Source: Bacteroidota bacterium (GTDB lineage: Bacteria > Bacteroidota > Bacteroidia > 2-12-FULL-35-15). From it: DNA of 64,000 nt. The notes beneath the pieces were generated by a model. That model was not told the DNA's origin and ran no database searches. It saw only the letters and a program-made list of their open reading frames with translations. The stretch's first letter is position 1, and the number at the start of each line of letters is the position of its first letter. Positions 27,943 to 36,851 of this stretch are shown in pieces. The position numbers and the translations under genes were made by a program. The DNA lies in NCBI GenBank assembly GCA_040389865.1, contig JAZJZM010000025.1, positions 4,421 to 68,420 on the forward strand, in the 5' to 3' direction.

Positions 27943-28122
27943 CGATAACGTTCCGGAGCTTTGCGATGTGTGGGTTTTAAAAGCACAAAACTGAATTAAC
28001 CGGAAAACTTTATTAAAAGGACAAAAGGAAATTGCAAATGCGAAAAGTTCCGCGCTTCAACGCACCTATGATGCATTTGCAACTTGCAGAATCTCCGCAT
28101 TTATTTTGAGCCGCTGTTATAA
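27943..28122 (-). other. attC-like site 2
   Basis: Minus strand TTATAAC...GTTATCG; interior shares AAACTGAATTAACCGGAAAACTTTATTAAAAG with site 3. Confidence 0.8.
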
Positions 28123-28129
28123 GCTGCCC

Positions 28130-28621
28130 CTAGTTATTATATTTTTTAAAAGGGTCAACATACACTATTTCTTTTCGTCCGAAGATAAAAGCGATTAAAG
28201 CAAACAACGGAAATAAAATGACGGATAAGCAACCCAAGTCAGAACTATAATAATGAAATGGTTGTCCAGTCATGTTCAAATTAAAATACACTTTAGATTT
28301 CCAATGTCTGCCAAAAATAAAAATGTCTTTGCTCACCCAACCCATTTCAAAAACTGGGGCTAAGAAATTGTCCACAAGTTTTATATTTTCATCATTAAAA
28401 CTAATGTCTCCGTTATATTCACCAGACCAACCTTTTGTCTTGTCATTATAATAGTGAATGTCGTTTATTTGTTTCCAGTCCTCACTAGGCCAAATGAAGG
28501 AAATACTCGTTCCTGTTGCGATGTGTTTAATGGTTAAAGTATTTGAAATATCTTCTGTGGTGAAAGTGAATTGTTCTTTCGGAATGAATTTATTGTCGAT
28601 ATATTTCTTCCAGTTTTCCAA
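28130..28621 (-). CDS. Cassette-encoded hypothetical protein with C-terminal TM segment
   Basis: ORF (TTG start) fills the space between attC-like sites 3 and 2. Confidence 0.75.
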   Translation of the reverse strand: MENWKKYIDNKFIPKEQFTFTTEDISNTLTIKHIATGTSISFIWPSEDWKQINDIHYYNDKTKGWSGEYNGDISFNDENIKLVDNFLAPVFEMGWVSKDIFIFGRHWKSKVYFNLNMTGQPFHYYSSDLGCLSVILFPLFALIAFIFGRKEIVYVDPFKKYNN

Positions 28622-28637
28622 CGATCAAAGGGGTTGC

Positions 28638-28819
28638 TTATAACGTTTTCAGGCTACACGAAGTGCGGAATTTAAAGGCACTAAACTGAATTAACCGGAA
28701 AACTTTATTAAAAGTACAAAAGGGAATGGCAAATGCAAAATGTTCCGCGCTTCGCGCACCGATAAAAATGCATTTGCAGCTTGCACGATTTCCGCATTTT
28801 GTGTGAGCCTGTGTTAGTG
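28638..28819 (-). other. attC-like site 3
   Basis: Plus-strand arms CAGGCTACACGAAGTGCGGAA / TTCCGCATTTTGTGTGAGCCTG pair with G:T wobbles and one extrahelical G. Confidence 0.88.
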
Positions 28820-28829
28820 CCAGTGCTTA

Positions 28830-29348
28830 TTATTCTGAGCGTTTATTCTTTCGTAGCTTCTCTAGTATTCGCCAACCTTTCGATGTATTAATTATTTTGA
28901 CAGAAATAGTTTCTGTTATTTCGCTGCATTTATATTCGATTTCAAGTTGTCCAATTTCAACAGGGAGATTTCGTAATTTGTCAGTAATTGGTATAATGTT
29001 TCCGATTTGAATATTCTTTTTGCAGTTCTTGATATTTATGTCATTTATAATTTCTGTGTAGCTTCTTTGTATTTGTTCTTTCGTTCTTTCTTTGTCTGTG
29101 TTTAATTTGGTAATGAATTCTTTTTTGAATGGAATTAATATAGAGTCTGGCAGGTCGGATTGGTCAAGAGTATTTTCTGTTTCTTTTTCTGTGACAATCA
29201 GGTCTAGTAATGCCTTTTCTTTTTGATTTTTAATTGCCTCAAAAATTTTCAGTCCAAGTTCTTTCGGTGTTTTGTCTTTTTTGTCTGCTAAGAATGATAG
29301 CATAAAAAAGGATAATACTAATAATGTAATTTGTCTAAATATTTTCAT
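28830..29348 (-). CDS. Cassette-encoded secreted hypothetical protein
   Basis: Signal peptide MKIFRQITLLVLSFFMLSFLA; start revised to 29348 (or 29363) because the listed 29411 start lies inside attC-like site 4. Confidence 0.75.
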   Translation of the reverse strand: MKIFRQITLLVLSFFMLSFLADKKDKTPKELGLKIFEAIKNQKEKALLDLIVTEKETENTLDQSDLPDSILIPFKKEFITKLNTDKERTKEQIQRSYTEIINDINIKNCKKNIQIGNIIPITDKLRNLPVEIGQLEIEYKCSEITETISVKIINTSKGWRILEKLRKNKRSE

Positions 29349-29366
29349 GGTAGATTTTAGCATTGG

Positions 29367-29553
29367 CACTAACGTTTTGCAAGCAGGCGCAGGCGGCATT
29401 TGAAAATACAAACGTGTCTACTTGCACAAAAGTTTATTCGAAGATATGAACTTTATTAAGCGGAGGCAAATAAAACAAATGTCTGCGAAGCAGGCAATAA
29501 TAAATGCCGGAGCCCTTGCACTTCCTGCCGCTTGCGCTTGCTTGCTGTTATAG
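29367..29553 (-). other. attC-like site 4
   Basis: Plus-strand arms GCAAGCAGGCGCAGGCGGCA / TGCCGCTTGCGCTTGCTTGC inside CACTAAC...GTTATAG. Confidence 0.88.
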
Positions 29554-29584
29554 GCAGGGGTATACAGATTTTCGTATCAATTTT

Positions 29585-30406
29585 CTATTTTTTGATTGGA
29601 CCAAAAAAATCTTCAAATGTTTTTTTTTGGCTTTCATTATTGTCATCAAGCATCGCTGATGGTCTAGTTATATTTGGAAACGGAAGCCAGTATGATATTG
29701 CCATTTTTCTATCGTTAATTTCGACAGCCTCTTTTTCGCCCATTGAAAGATAGTATTTTTTAAATTCATCAAAACTTGCCTTGTCAATAAATAAACTAAA
29801 TGTGTTGTTATTATACTTAATTGTCGATGGGGAATTTAAGTCAGGAAAATTTTTAAGCCATGGTCTTTTATTCGGTGCGTAATTATAATCCCATAACATC
29901 ACTTCAATTTTATTTGGAAGCCATTCTTTTGCAGAGCCATTTTTGTATTTTTTTATCTTATCATAAACTTTCAAAAACTCTTTTGGTGTTTTTTTTCTCG
30001 CATCTTTACTGTCTTGTAGGTCGCCATAAACGCTAATAATTCTAGTAGAATCAAAATTTAGTATTAAATCACTTGAAGGTTGGTCGGTCCAACTACTAGC
30101 TTCAATAGAGCTTTTAAGTTTATAAAGGTCGTCTGAAACAGAAAGTGACCTAATTAATTTTTCGAGTTCGTCTCCAGTTAGGGTAACTTCATAAAGTTTT
30201 AAATGTCCGTTTTCTATTTTTTTATAAATAATCCGGCCATTCTCATACATAGCAAAGGTGGGGATGTCTGAACCAATAACCATTAACCATGGATTTGTTT
30301 CTGTTAAAACGATTAACGGCTTACCATAAACAGTATCGTATTCTTGGCCAACGAGGATATTACAAATAAATGTCAGTCCGATAATTAAAGAAAATGGTTG
30401 TCTCAT
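29585..30406 (-). CDS. Cassette-encoded secreted hypothetical protein (first cassette)
   Basis: Signal peptide; flanked by GTTATAGGCA and TGCCTATAAC. Confidence 0.8.
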   Translation of the reverse strand: MRQPFSLIIGLTFICNILVGQEYDTVYGKPLIVLTETNPWLMVIGSDIPTFAMYENGRIIYKKIENGHLKLYEVTLTGDELEKLIRSLSVSDDLYKLKSSIEASSWTDQPSSDLILNFDSTRIISVYGDLQDSKDARKKTPKEFLKVYDKIKKYKNGSAKEWLPNKIEVMLWDYNYAPNKRPWLKNFPDLNSPSTIKYNNNTFSLFIDKASFDEFKKYYLSMGEKEAVEINDRKMAISYWLPFPNITRPSAMLDDNNESQKKTFEDFFGPIKK

Positions 30407-30448
30407 TTTATCTTATAATAGTCTTAACTATTTTCAATTCGCCCTTGC

Positions 30449-30515
30449 CTATAACTTGTTTATACCCGCTACAAAGTAGCGCATAGCAACCTGTTTTTGG
30501 GTAGATATGCGAATG
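30449..30515 (-). other. attI-like site
   Basis: Minus strand ...GGGTATAAACAAG/TTATAG with no attC hairpin partner; upstream inverted repeats CGCATATC...GCTATGCG and CGCTAC-TTT-GTAGCG. Confidence 0.6.
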
Positions 30516-30574
30516 TTTGTATCGTTTTTCTTTTGTCTTTCAATTTCAACAATCGAATGGAGATCACAAAAAAA

Positions 30575-31339
30575 TTATTTTACAGCAACAAAAAGGGATT
30601 CAACCGCTTCCCAGTTCAATACATTCCACCAGGAGGCGATATATTCTGCTCTGCGATTTTGATTTTTTAAATAATAGGCGTGTTCCCAAACATCCAATGC
30701 GAGGATGGGTGTTCCTTTTACTTCAACGCTATCTAAATTCATTAATGGGTTATCCTGATTGGCTGTTGATGTGATCACTAATTTCCCTTTACTCACTACC
30801 AGCCAAGCCCAACCAGAGCCAAAACGTTTCATTGAAGCATCCGTAAATTGTGTTTTAAATTCATCGAAGGAACCAAAAGAAGCATTTATAGCAGCAGCTA
30901 TTTTCCCTTTTGGTTGTCCGCCAGCATTTGGTTTCATTAATATCCAAAACAAAGAATGGTTATAATGGCCACCGGCATTGTTACGAACAGCGGCAGGTAG
31001 TTTTGCTACTTTATCAAAAATATTATCAAAAGATTGAGGACTTCCCAACACATTTCCATCAACTGTTTCCAAGGCTTTGTTTAAATTGGTCACATACGCC
31101 TGGTGATGTTTGCTATGGTGGATCTCCATCGTTAATTTATCAATATGAGGCTCTAAAGCATCATAATTATAAGGCAAAATAGGAAGACTGTATTTCCCAC
31201 CGTCCGGAGTTGCCTTTTCTTTTTCGATATGCTCAGAAGCTGCAAATACATTATTGACAATAGTTGTTGCTGCAAGAGTGCCCAGTGCAAGTGCAGCTGA
31301 TTTTTTAAAAAAATTTCTACGTGAGTTATTGTTTTCCAT
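30575..31339 (-). CDS. sodA: Mn/Fe superoxide dismutase with Tat signal peptide
   Basis: SRRNFFK; [28 protein letters not shown]. Confidence 0.95.
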   Translation of the reverse strand: MENNNSRRNFFKKSAALALGTLAATTIVNNVFAASEHIEKEKATPDGGKYSLPILPYNYDALEPHIDKLTMEIHHSKHHQAYVTNLNKALETVDGNVLGSPQSFDNIFDKVAKLPAAVRNNAGGHYNHSLFWILMKPNAGGQPKGKIAAAINASFGSFDEFKTQFTDASMKRFGSGWAWLVVSKGKLVITSTANQDNPLMNLDSVEVKGTPILALDVWEHAYYLKNQNRRAEYIASWWNVLNWEAVESLFVAVK

Positions 31340-31516
31340 ACTACTACGAATTACGAATTTAAAACGAATTTACTTGGTTACGGATAACGAATCATACGGT
31401 TACGGATAAACGAATCGTTACGAATTTACGAAACTGTATGTATAAAAAAAACAGCAAACACAGTTTCGTAAATTCGTTTTTCTATTCGTTATCCGTAACC
31501 ACGTTTATTCGTAACC
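31340..31516. repeat. Short-unit (TACGAAT/TACGGAT) repeat cluster with inverted symmetry
   Basis: GGTTACGGATAACGAAT ... ATTCGTTATCCGTAACC and ACGAATTTACGAAACTGT ... ACAGTTTCGTAAATTCGT. Confidence 0.75.
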
Positions 31517-31518
31517 AA

Positions 31519-32022
31519 TTATACAAAATTAATCAGTACTTGATTTTTTTCTACAGCCACACCTTTCTTCACATTTATTTTTTTGATAATTCCATCTGTG
31601 GGTGATTTGATAATGTTTTCCATTTTCATGGCTTCTAAAACAATGATGGGATCGCCTTTTTCAATAACATCGCCTTCCGAAATGCATACATCAATAACCA
31701 AGCCGGGCATTGGAGCTTTTATTTCATTTATTTTATTGGCATTCAAATTATCAAAACCTAAGGTTTTTAATAATTCATCAAATTTATTTTCTACCTGAAG
31801 TTGATAGTTGTTCCCATTCACATTTACCAAAAAACTTTTTTGGACAAAATCAACTTCAACCACCTCAACATTGTATGATTTAAGATCTTTAATTATATGA
31901 AAACTGCCTTGTTTCACTTCTATCATATCCAGGGCAAAAGAGCTTCCATTAATAGTTCCGCTTGTTGGACCTTCAAACACAATTTTGTGTTCCTTGTTGT
32001 TGTTTACCTTTACTTTTAGCAT
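31519..32022 (-). CDS. Biotin carboxyl carrier protein subunit of an acyl-CoA carboxylase
   Basis: KAPMPG, LEAMKMEN. Confidence 0.92.
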   Translation of the reverse strand: MLKVKVNNNKEHKIVFEGPTSGTINGSSFALDMIEVKQGSFHIIKDLKSYNVEVVEVDFVQKSFLVNVNGNNYQLQVENKFDELLKTLGFDNLNANKINEIKAPMPGLVIDVCISEGDVIEKGDPIIVLEAMKMENIIKSPTDGIIKKINVKKGVAVEKNQVLINFV

Positions 32023-32099
32023 ATCACAAATGTAATTTTTTTAATACAAAAAACCACTACGTTATCTACTAAATTTACAACTCTGCGAAGTAAACCTAC

Positions 32100-32138
32100 C
32101 GCACAGTCTTCGACAAGCTCTGACTGACCACCGCACGA
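32100..32138. repeat. Single GTCA-tagged REP-like unit
   Basis: GTCTTCGACAAGCTCTGACTGAC. Confidence 0.7.
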
Positions 32139-32243
32139 AATAATCCACAAACTACTGAAGTTTTTGCATAATAAATAAAACCACTGATTCGTAATTCGTT
32201 AAAATTCGTAATTCGTAGTATATTTACAAACACAAAAGGAATT

Positions 32244-34001
32244 ATGGAAAAACGGTGGAATATAAAACCAGGTGCTGATGAAGCAGTGGTAAAACAGCTT
32301 ACTTTAGAGCTGGGTATTGATAAGATATTGGCAAATATGCTTGCAAAACGTGGCATTAGCAATTATGAGGATGCAAAAAAATTTTTCCGCCCATCGCTGA
32401 GTGACCTGCACGACCCTTTTTTAATGAAGGATATGGATAAAGCGATCATCCGCTTGGAACAAGCCATTAAAAACAATGAGAAAATTTTAGTGTATGGCGA
32501 TTATGATGTGGATGGAACCACAGCGGTTTCGTTGGTATATTCCTTTTTAAAAAAGCTGCCTTTTATTACTCAACCGGGAAAACTATTGAATAGTTCTCCG
32601 GAGAGCGATAATTTATTAGTTGACTATTATATTCCTGATCGTTATGCCGAGGGTTATGGAATTTCCTTCCAGGGGATTGATTATGCGAAAGAAAATAATT
32701 TCAGCCTGATCATTGCCCTTGATTGTGGCATCAAAGCCAATGATAAAGTAGATTATGCAAATGAACGAAATATCGATTTTATCATTTGCGATCACCACCG
32801 TCCCGGAGAAACCTTACCAAATGCTGTTGCTGTATTGGATCCCAAGCGAAATGACTGCTCCTACCCTTTTGATGAGCTTTGCGGCTGCGGTGTTGGTTTT
32901 AAACTCGTTCAGGCCTATGCACAAAAAAATAATATCCCTTTTGATGAACTTTCTGAATATCTTGACCTGGCTGCCATTTCCATTGCTTCCGATCTTGTGC
33001 CTATAACAGGTGAAAATCGTACACTCTGTTATTTTGGTTTGGAGCAGATCAACAAAAAGCCGCGTAATGGTATAAAAGCAATTTTAGATCTGGCAAACAT
33101 CAAAAAAAAGGTCACCATCAATGAACTGGTCTTTACCATTGGGCCACGTATTAACGCGGCAGGCAGAATTCAGACAGGACGTAATGCTGTAGCCTTACTT
33201 GTGTCGGATAATGTTGATCATGCCAAAACATCCGGGCTAAATATCAACACCACCAATACCGAACGAAGGGTACTTGATTCAACCATTACCCAGCATGCCT
33301 TAAGTATGATCGATGACAATATTGAATTGATCAATCGTAAATCAACGGTATTGTTTCATTCGGATTGGCATAAGGGAGTGATCGGTATTGTAGCTTCCCG
33401 CTTGATAGAAAAATATTACCGCCCTACCATAGTGCTTACCGAATCCAATGGAAAAGCTACCGGCTCGGCACGTTCAGTAAAAGATTTTGATGTGTATAAC
33501 GCCATTGAAGCCTGTTCCGATCTGCTGGAACAATTCGGAGGGCATAAATACGCGGCAGGATTAACCTTAAAATTGGAAAATCTGGAAGCCTTTCAACAGC
33601 GTTTTGAAGAAATAGTAAGCTCCACAATTAAGGAGCACATGCTTGTTCCGGAAATTGTAATTGAGGCAGAATTAGAATTGAATGAGATCACTCCTAAATT
33701 TTTCAGGATATTAAAGCAATTTGAACCTTTTGGTCCTGAAAACATGTCGCCAGTATTTATTACTAAAAATTTAGTGGATAAGGGATACATTCGGATCGTT
33801 GGGAGCAATCATTTAAAAATGGACATTCAGGCAGCTCAACATCCTGCCGAAAGTATTTCATCCATCGCTTTTGGTCAGGCGCAGCATTTTGACGATATAC
33901 TCCGTAAAAAACCATTTAGTGCCTGTTACGCTATTGAAGAAAACGAATACAATGGTAAAATTTCGCTTCAATTGAATGTGAAGGATATAAAAATGGAATA
34001 G
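32244..34001 (+). CDS. recJ: Single-stranded-DNA exonuclease RecJ
   Basis: GDYDVDG, DCG, DHH, PRINAAGR, GSARS, GGHKYAAG. Confidence 0.97.
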   Translation: MEKRWNIKPGADEAVVKQLTLELGIDKILANMLAKRGISNYEDAKKFFRPSLSDLHDPFLMKDMDKAIIRLEQAIKNNEKILVYGDYDVDGTTAVSLVYSFLKKLPFITQPGKLLNSSPESDNLLVDYYIPDRYAEGYGISFQGIDYAKENNFSLIIALDCGIKANDKVDYANERNIDFIICDHHRPGETLPNAVAVLDPKRNDCSYPFDELCGCGVGFKLVQAYAQKNNIPFDELSEYLDLAAISIASDLVPITGENRTLCYFGLEQINKKPRNGIKAILDLANIKKKVTINELVFTIGPRINAAGRIQTGRNAVALLVSDNVDHAKTSGLNINTTNTERRVLDSTITQHALSMIDDNIELINRKSTVLFHSDWHKGVIGIVASRLIEKYYRPTIVLTESNGKATGSARSVKDFDVYNAIEACSDLLEQFGGHKYAAGLTLKLENLEAFQQRFEEIVSSTIKEHMLVPEIVIEAELELNEITPKFFRILKQFEPFGPENMSPVFITKNLVDKGYIRIVGSNHLKMDIQAAQHPAESISSIAFGQAQHFDDILRKKPFSACYAIEENEYNGKISLQLNVKDIKME

Positions 34002-34039
34002 GCGGGCTTTTTGTTTAGGCAAAAACTGTTTTATAGACA

Positions 34040-34138
34040 TGTCATCCCGATTGGCTTTTTCGCCAAGAGGGATCTCGTAATTTGTCAGCTGTATCGTCCA
34101 TAAATAACAAGATCCCTCACAAAAAGTTCGGGATGACA
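34040..34138. repeat. GTCATCCCGA-type REP-like doublet
   Basis: TGTCATCCCGA...GAGGGATCT ... AGATCCCTC...TCGGGATGACA. Confidence 0.78.
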
Positions 34139-34363
34139 CACCGGTAGGTATTCAGCTGTTTGTGTTAAGGGCACTCAATACCCAATTATGATACAAAATT
34201 TCGATATTTTGTGTGCAAAAACCTTCGTTTTATCGTTAATTTTCATGATTTTTGATGTAAAGTAACAATAAACACCTTTTTGGCCAAAAGCGACATTCAT
34301 GGGCATTATTACTGCCTTCATGGGGGCTAAAATGGCATTAATAAACAAAAATAGTCGATTATT

Positions 34364-34395
34364 TTTGTTTTATCGTCTATTAAGTTATACTTTTG
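34364..34395 (+). promoter_or_regulatory. Bacteroidota housekeeping promoter of the cold-shock gene
   Basis: TTTG (34364-34367), 20-nt spacer, TACTTTTG (34388-34395). Confidence 0.65.
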
Positions 34396-34426
34396 CCAAT
34401 AGTATTAATTTTAAATTTTTAATTTA

Positions 34427-34618
34427 ATGAAAACAGGAACAGTAAAATTTTTTAATTCAGCAAAAGGTTTTGGCTTTATTACAGTAGATGGTACCAATCA
34501 GGAACTATTTGTTCACGTAACAGGTTTAGTTGATCAAATTCGCGATGGCGACAAAGTTACCTTTGAAATTCAAGAAGGTAAAAAAGGTTTAAACGCAGTA
34601 AATGTGAAAAAAGCTTAA
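34427..34618 (+). CDS. Cold-shock protein
   Basis: GTVKFFN..KGFGFI, LFVH. Confidence 0.96.
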   Translation: MKTGTVKFFNSAKGFGFITVDGTNQELFVHVTGLVDQIRDGDKVTFEIQEGKKGLNAVNVKKA

Positions 34619-34636
34619 TTAGCTTTTACCTTAAAC

Positions 34637-34676
34637 AAAAAAGGCTCCCCGGATAAAACCAGAGAGCCTTTTTTTT
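34637..34676. terminator. Bidirectional intrinsic terminator
   Basis: AAAAAAGGCTC-loop-GAGCCTTTTTTTT between convergent genes. Confidence 0.8.
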
Positions 34677-34689
34677 ATTCAACATTTTT

Positions 34690-35421
34690 CTATTTATCTT
34701 TTATCTCCTCACCTCTTACCCATTTTTCTTTGGTAGCCTTACCGCTTTCGTCATATACGTTCCACATGCCATCTTTCTGATAATCAATAGTAGAAGCACT
34801 AAATCTCATAGGACCTTCCGCTTTTATTTTACCATTTTCATAATACTCCTTTTTGGTATATTTCTTTTTCTTAGGGTCAGTACATTCAAATATCTCCTGT
34901 GGCTTTCCGTCTTCAGCATAGGACTTACGACTGATCAGGCTCGTCATGTCTTTGGTATTTTCCTCCGAATATTCGATTTGTCCGTTGGCATAATAATCTA
35001 TCCATATTTGGGGATTGCCCTCATAATAGGTGATCTCAGATTTAAGTTTCCCTGTTGGATAATACATTTGCATGTTACTGCGCTTGAAATCAACTGTTTT
35101 AAATGAACGTTCAACGTTACCATTTTCGTAAAAATTTTTGTAGATCTTAAGTTGTCCATCCTCGTAATACCCTCTGTGCAAAACTTTACCACTTTCATAA
35201 ATGTCCTGCACCCACTCTTGTGCAGCATAGCCTTTCCTATCGTTACGAACCGAATCACCGCCTGTTTTTAAATTTAATTTCTCATACATTGTGATTCCGT
35301 ACACAGGATCCACCACTTTTGATGCTTTGTATTTGTTGGGTGGTGGCACAGTTCCAAAACCTTGCGAAAACGACAATTGAGCAACAGCAATAAAAATAAA
35401 AAGGAGAACTATTTTTTTCAT
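34690..35421 (-). CDS. Secreted MORN-variant repeat protein
   Basis: Signal peptide; repeated YYENG / YYPTG / YYANG units. Confidence 0.8.
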   Translation of the reverse strand: MKKIVLLFIFIAVAQLSFSQGFGTVPPPNKYKASKVVDPVYGITMYEKLNLKTGGDSVRNDRKGYAAQEWVQDIYESGKVLHRGYYEDGQLKIYKNFYENGNVERSFKTVDFKRSNMQMYYPTGKLKSEITYYEGNPQIWIDYYANGQIEYSEENTKDMTSLISRKSYAEDGKPQEIFECTDPKKKKYTKKEYYENGKIKAEGPMRFSASTIDYQKDGMWNVYDESGKATKEKWVRGEEIKDK

Positions 35422-35534
35422 TTGAAAATTAGCGTTGAATCATGAATATTTTGTAAAGATAAAAAAAAGCTAATTAGAAAGCAACAAAAACCAAAATGCA
35501 AGGGTTCCATTTCTCTCATTAAAATTTTGCCGGT

Positions 35535-36494
35535 TTATTCAACTAAAACTGAATTCGCGAACTCTTTGGCAACCAGGTAACGTTCAGCATCCAGGGCTCC
35601 CATACAACCACTGCCTGCCGCTGTAACTGCCTGACGATACACCTTATCCTGAGCATCTCCTGTAGCAAATACACCAGGGATATTTGTTCTGCTTGTTCCC
35701 GGAACGGTTTGAATATATCCGGTTTCATCCATATCTAACCAGCCTTTAAAAATTTCTGTATTTGGTTGGTGTCCGATAGCAACAAAGAAACCGGTAACAT
35801 CCAGTTTACGTTCTTCACCTTTGTTGTTCACAACTATTGCCGCATCAACACTTTTGCCACCAAGAATTTCTTTGGTCTCTGTATTAAAAAGCACTTCGAT
35901 ATTGGGTGTATTCAATACCCTGTATTGCATTGTTTTTGAAGCCCGCATTTCACCTTTACGCACGATCATGTATACTTTTCTGCAAAGTTTTGCAAGGTAA
36001 GTCGCTTCTTCTGCAGCCGTATCACCAGCTCCAACAATTGCGACATCCTGTCCTTTAAAAAAGAATCCATCACATACGGCACATGCCGATACACCAAAAC
36101 CATTTAAGCGTTGTTCCGATTCCATGCCCAGCCATTTTGCAGATGCACCAGTTGCAATAATCACAGTATCAGCATGTATGGTTGTTTTTTCATCGATTAC
36201 TACTTTATGTATCGGGCCACAAAAATCAACAGATGTAGCCAGTCCCCAACGGATATCAGTACCAAAACGTTCGGCCTGCGCCTTAAAATCTTCCATCATT
36301 TCCGGCCCTTGGGTACCTTTAGGATAACCCGGGTAGTTTTCTACTTCGGTAGTTATTGTCAATTGTCCGCCTGGTTGTAAACCTTGGTACATAACGGGTT
36401 TCATATCAGCTCTTGCAGCATAAATTGCGGCAGCATATCCGGCAGGGCCACTACCTATTATCAGGCAATGAACGTGTTCTATTTTTTCAGTCAT
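35535..36494 (-). CDS. trxB: Thioredoxin reductase
   Basis: GSGPAG, CAVCDG, GAGDTAAEE, RQAVTAAG. Confidence 0.97.
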   Translation of the reverse strand: MTEKIEHVHCLIIGSGPAGYAAAIYAARADMKPVMYQGLQPGGQLTITTEVENYPGYPKGTQGPEMMEDFKAQAERFGTDIRWGLATSVDFCGPIHKVVIDEKTTIHADTVIIATGASAKWLGMESEQRLNGFGVSACAVCDGFFFKGQDVAIVGAGDTAAEEATYLAKLCRKVYMIVRKGEMRASKTMQYRVLNTPNIEVLFNTETKEILGGKSVDAAIVVNNKGEERKLDVTGFFVAIGHQPNTEIFKGWLDMDETGYIQTVPGTSRTNIPGVFATGDAQDKVYRQAVTAAGSGCMGALDAERYLVAKEFANSVLVE

Positions 36495-36588
36495 AATATT
36501 ATTTTATTTAGTAATGCTTTACAAAATCAGTACCAAAAATTGAGGTATTGATCTTTCTTTAAATGTTTATTTATATTGAAGTATTTCA

Positions 36589-36762
36589 TTAGGGCGTTCC
36601 CTTTCTTGAAAAATAAAGGGGCGGGCTTGGAGTTTATCCTGAGCCTTTCGACTCCGCTCAGGACAAGCTCCACCGAAGGGCTTCAATCTTCCTCCCGCTA
36701 ATTAGCGGGAAGAAAGATTTACGCCAAATTTATCCAGAGCCTGTAGAAGGAATCCCTAACGC
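36589..36762. repeat. Composite intergenic repeat (TTAGGGCG...TCCCTAACGC) with nested REP-like units
   Basis: Terminal TTAGGG/CCCTAA; internal TTTATCCTGAGC...GAAGG twice and hairpin CCCGCTAATTAGCGGG. Confidence 0.6.
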
Positions 36763-36851
36763 AGCATTATCAATGAGAGACATGAATACATTGTAATTTT
36801 TATAGAAGGCTTATCAATATGCAATTAATTAATACAGGAAAATTGATCCGT

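Larger units (their letters stand above)
25343..30515 (-). mobile_element. Integron-like gene cassette array without integrase (attI-like site plus 4 attC-like sites)
   Basis: Co-oriented ORFs separated by 180-188 bp sites bounded by TAAC...GTTA cores; each cassette's two ends are mutually complementary. Confidence 0.85.

Noticed and set aside
29349-29411. N-terminal extension MYFQMPPAPACKTLVP of the listed ORF 28830-29411
   Set aside because: Mostly runs through attC-like site 4; the signal peptide begins at 29348
31340-31516. Short repeats as a CRISPR array
   Set aside because: Units are 7-17 nt, irregular and inverted, with no constant repeat/spacer period and no cas genes
34690-35421. 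YwqK-like antitoxin of a toxin-antitoxin system
   Set aside because: Secreted MORN-variant repeat protein with no adjacent toxin gene
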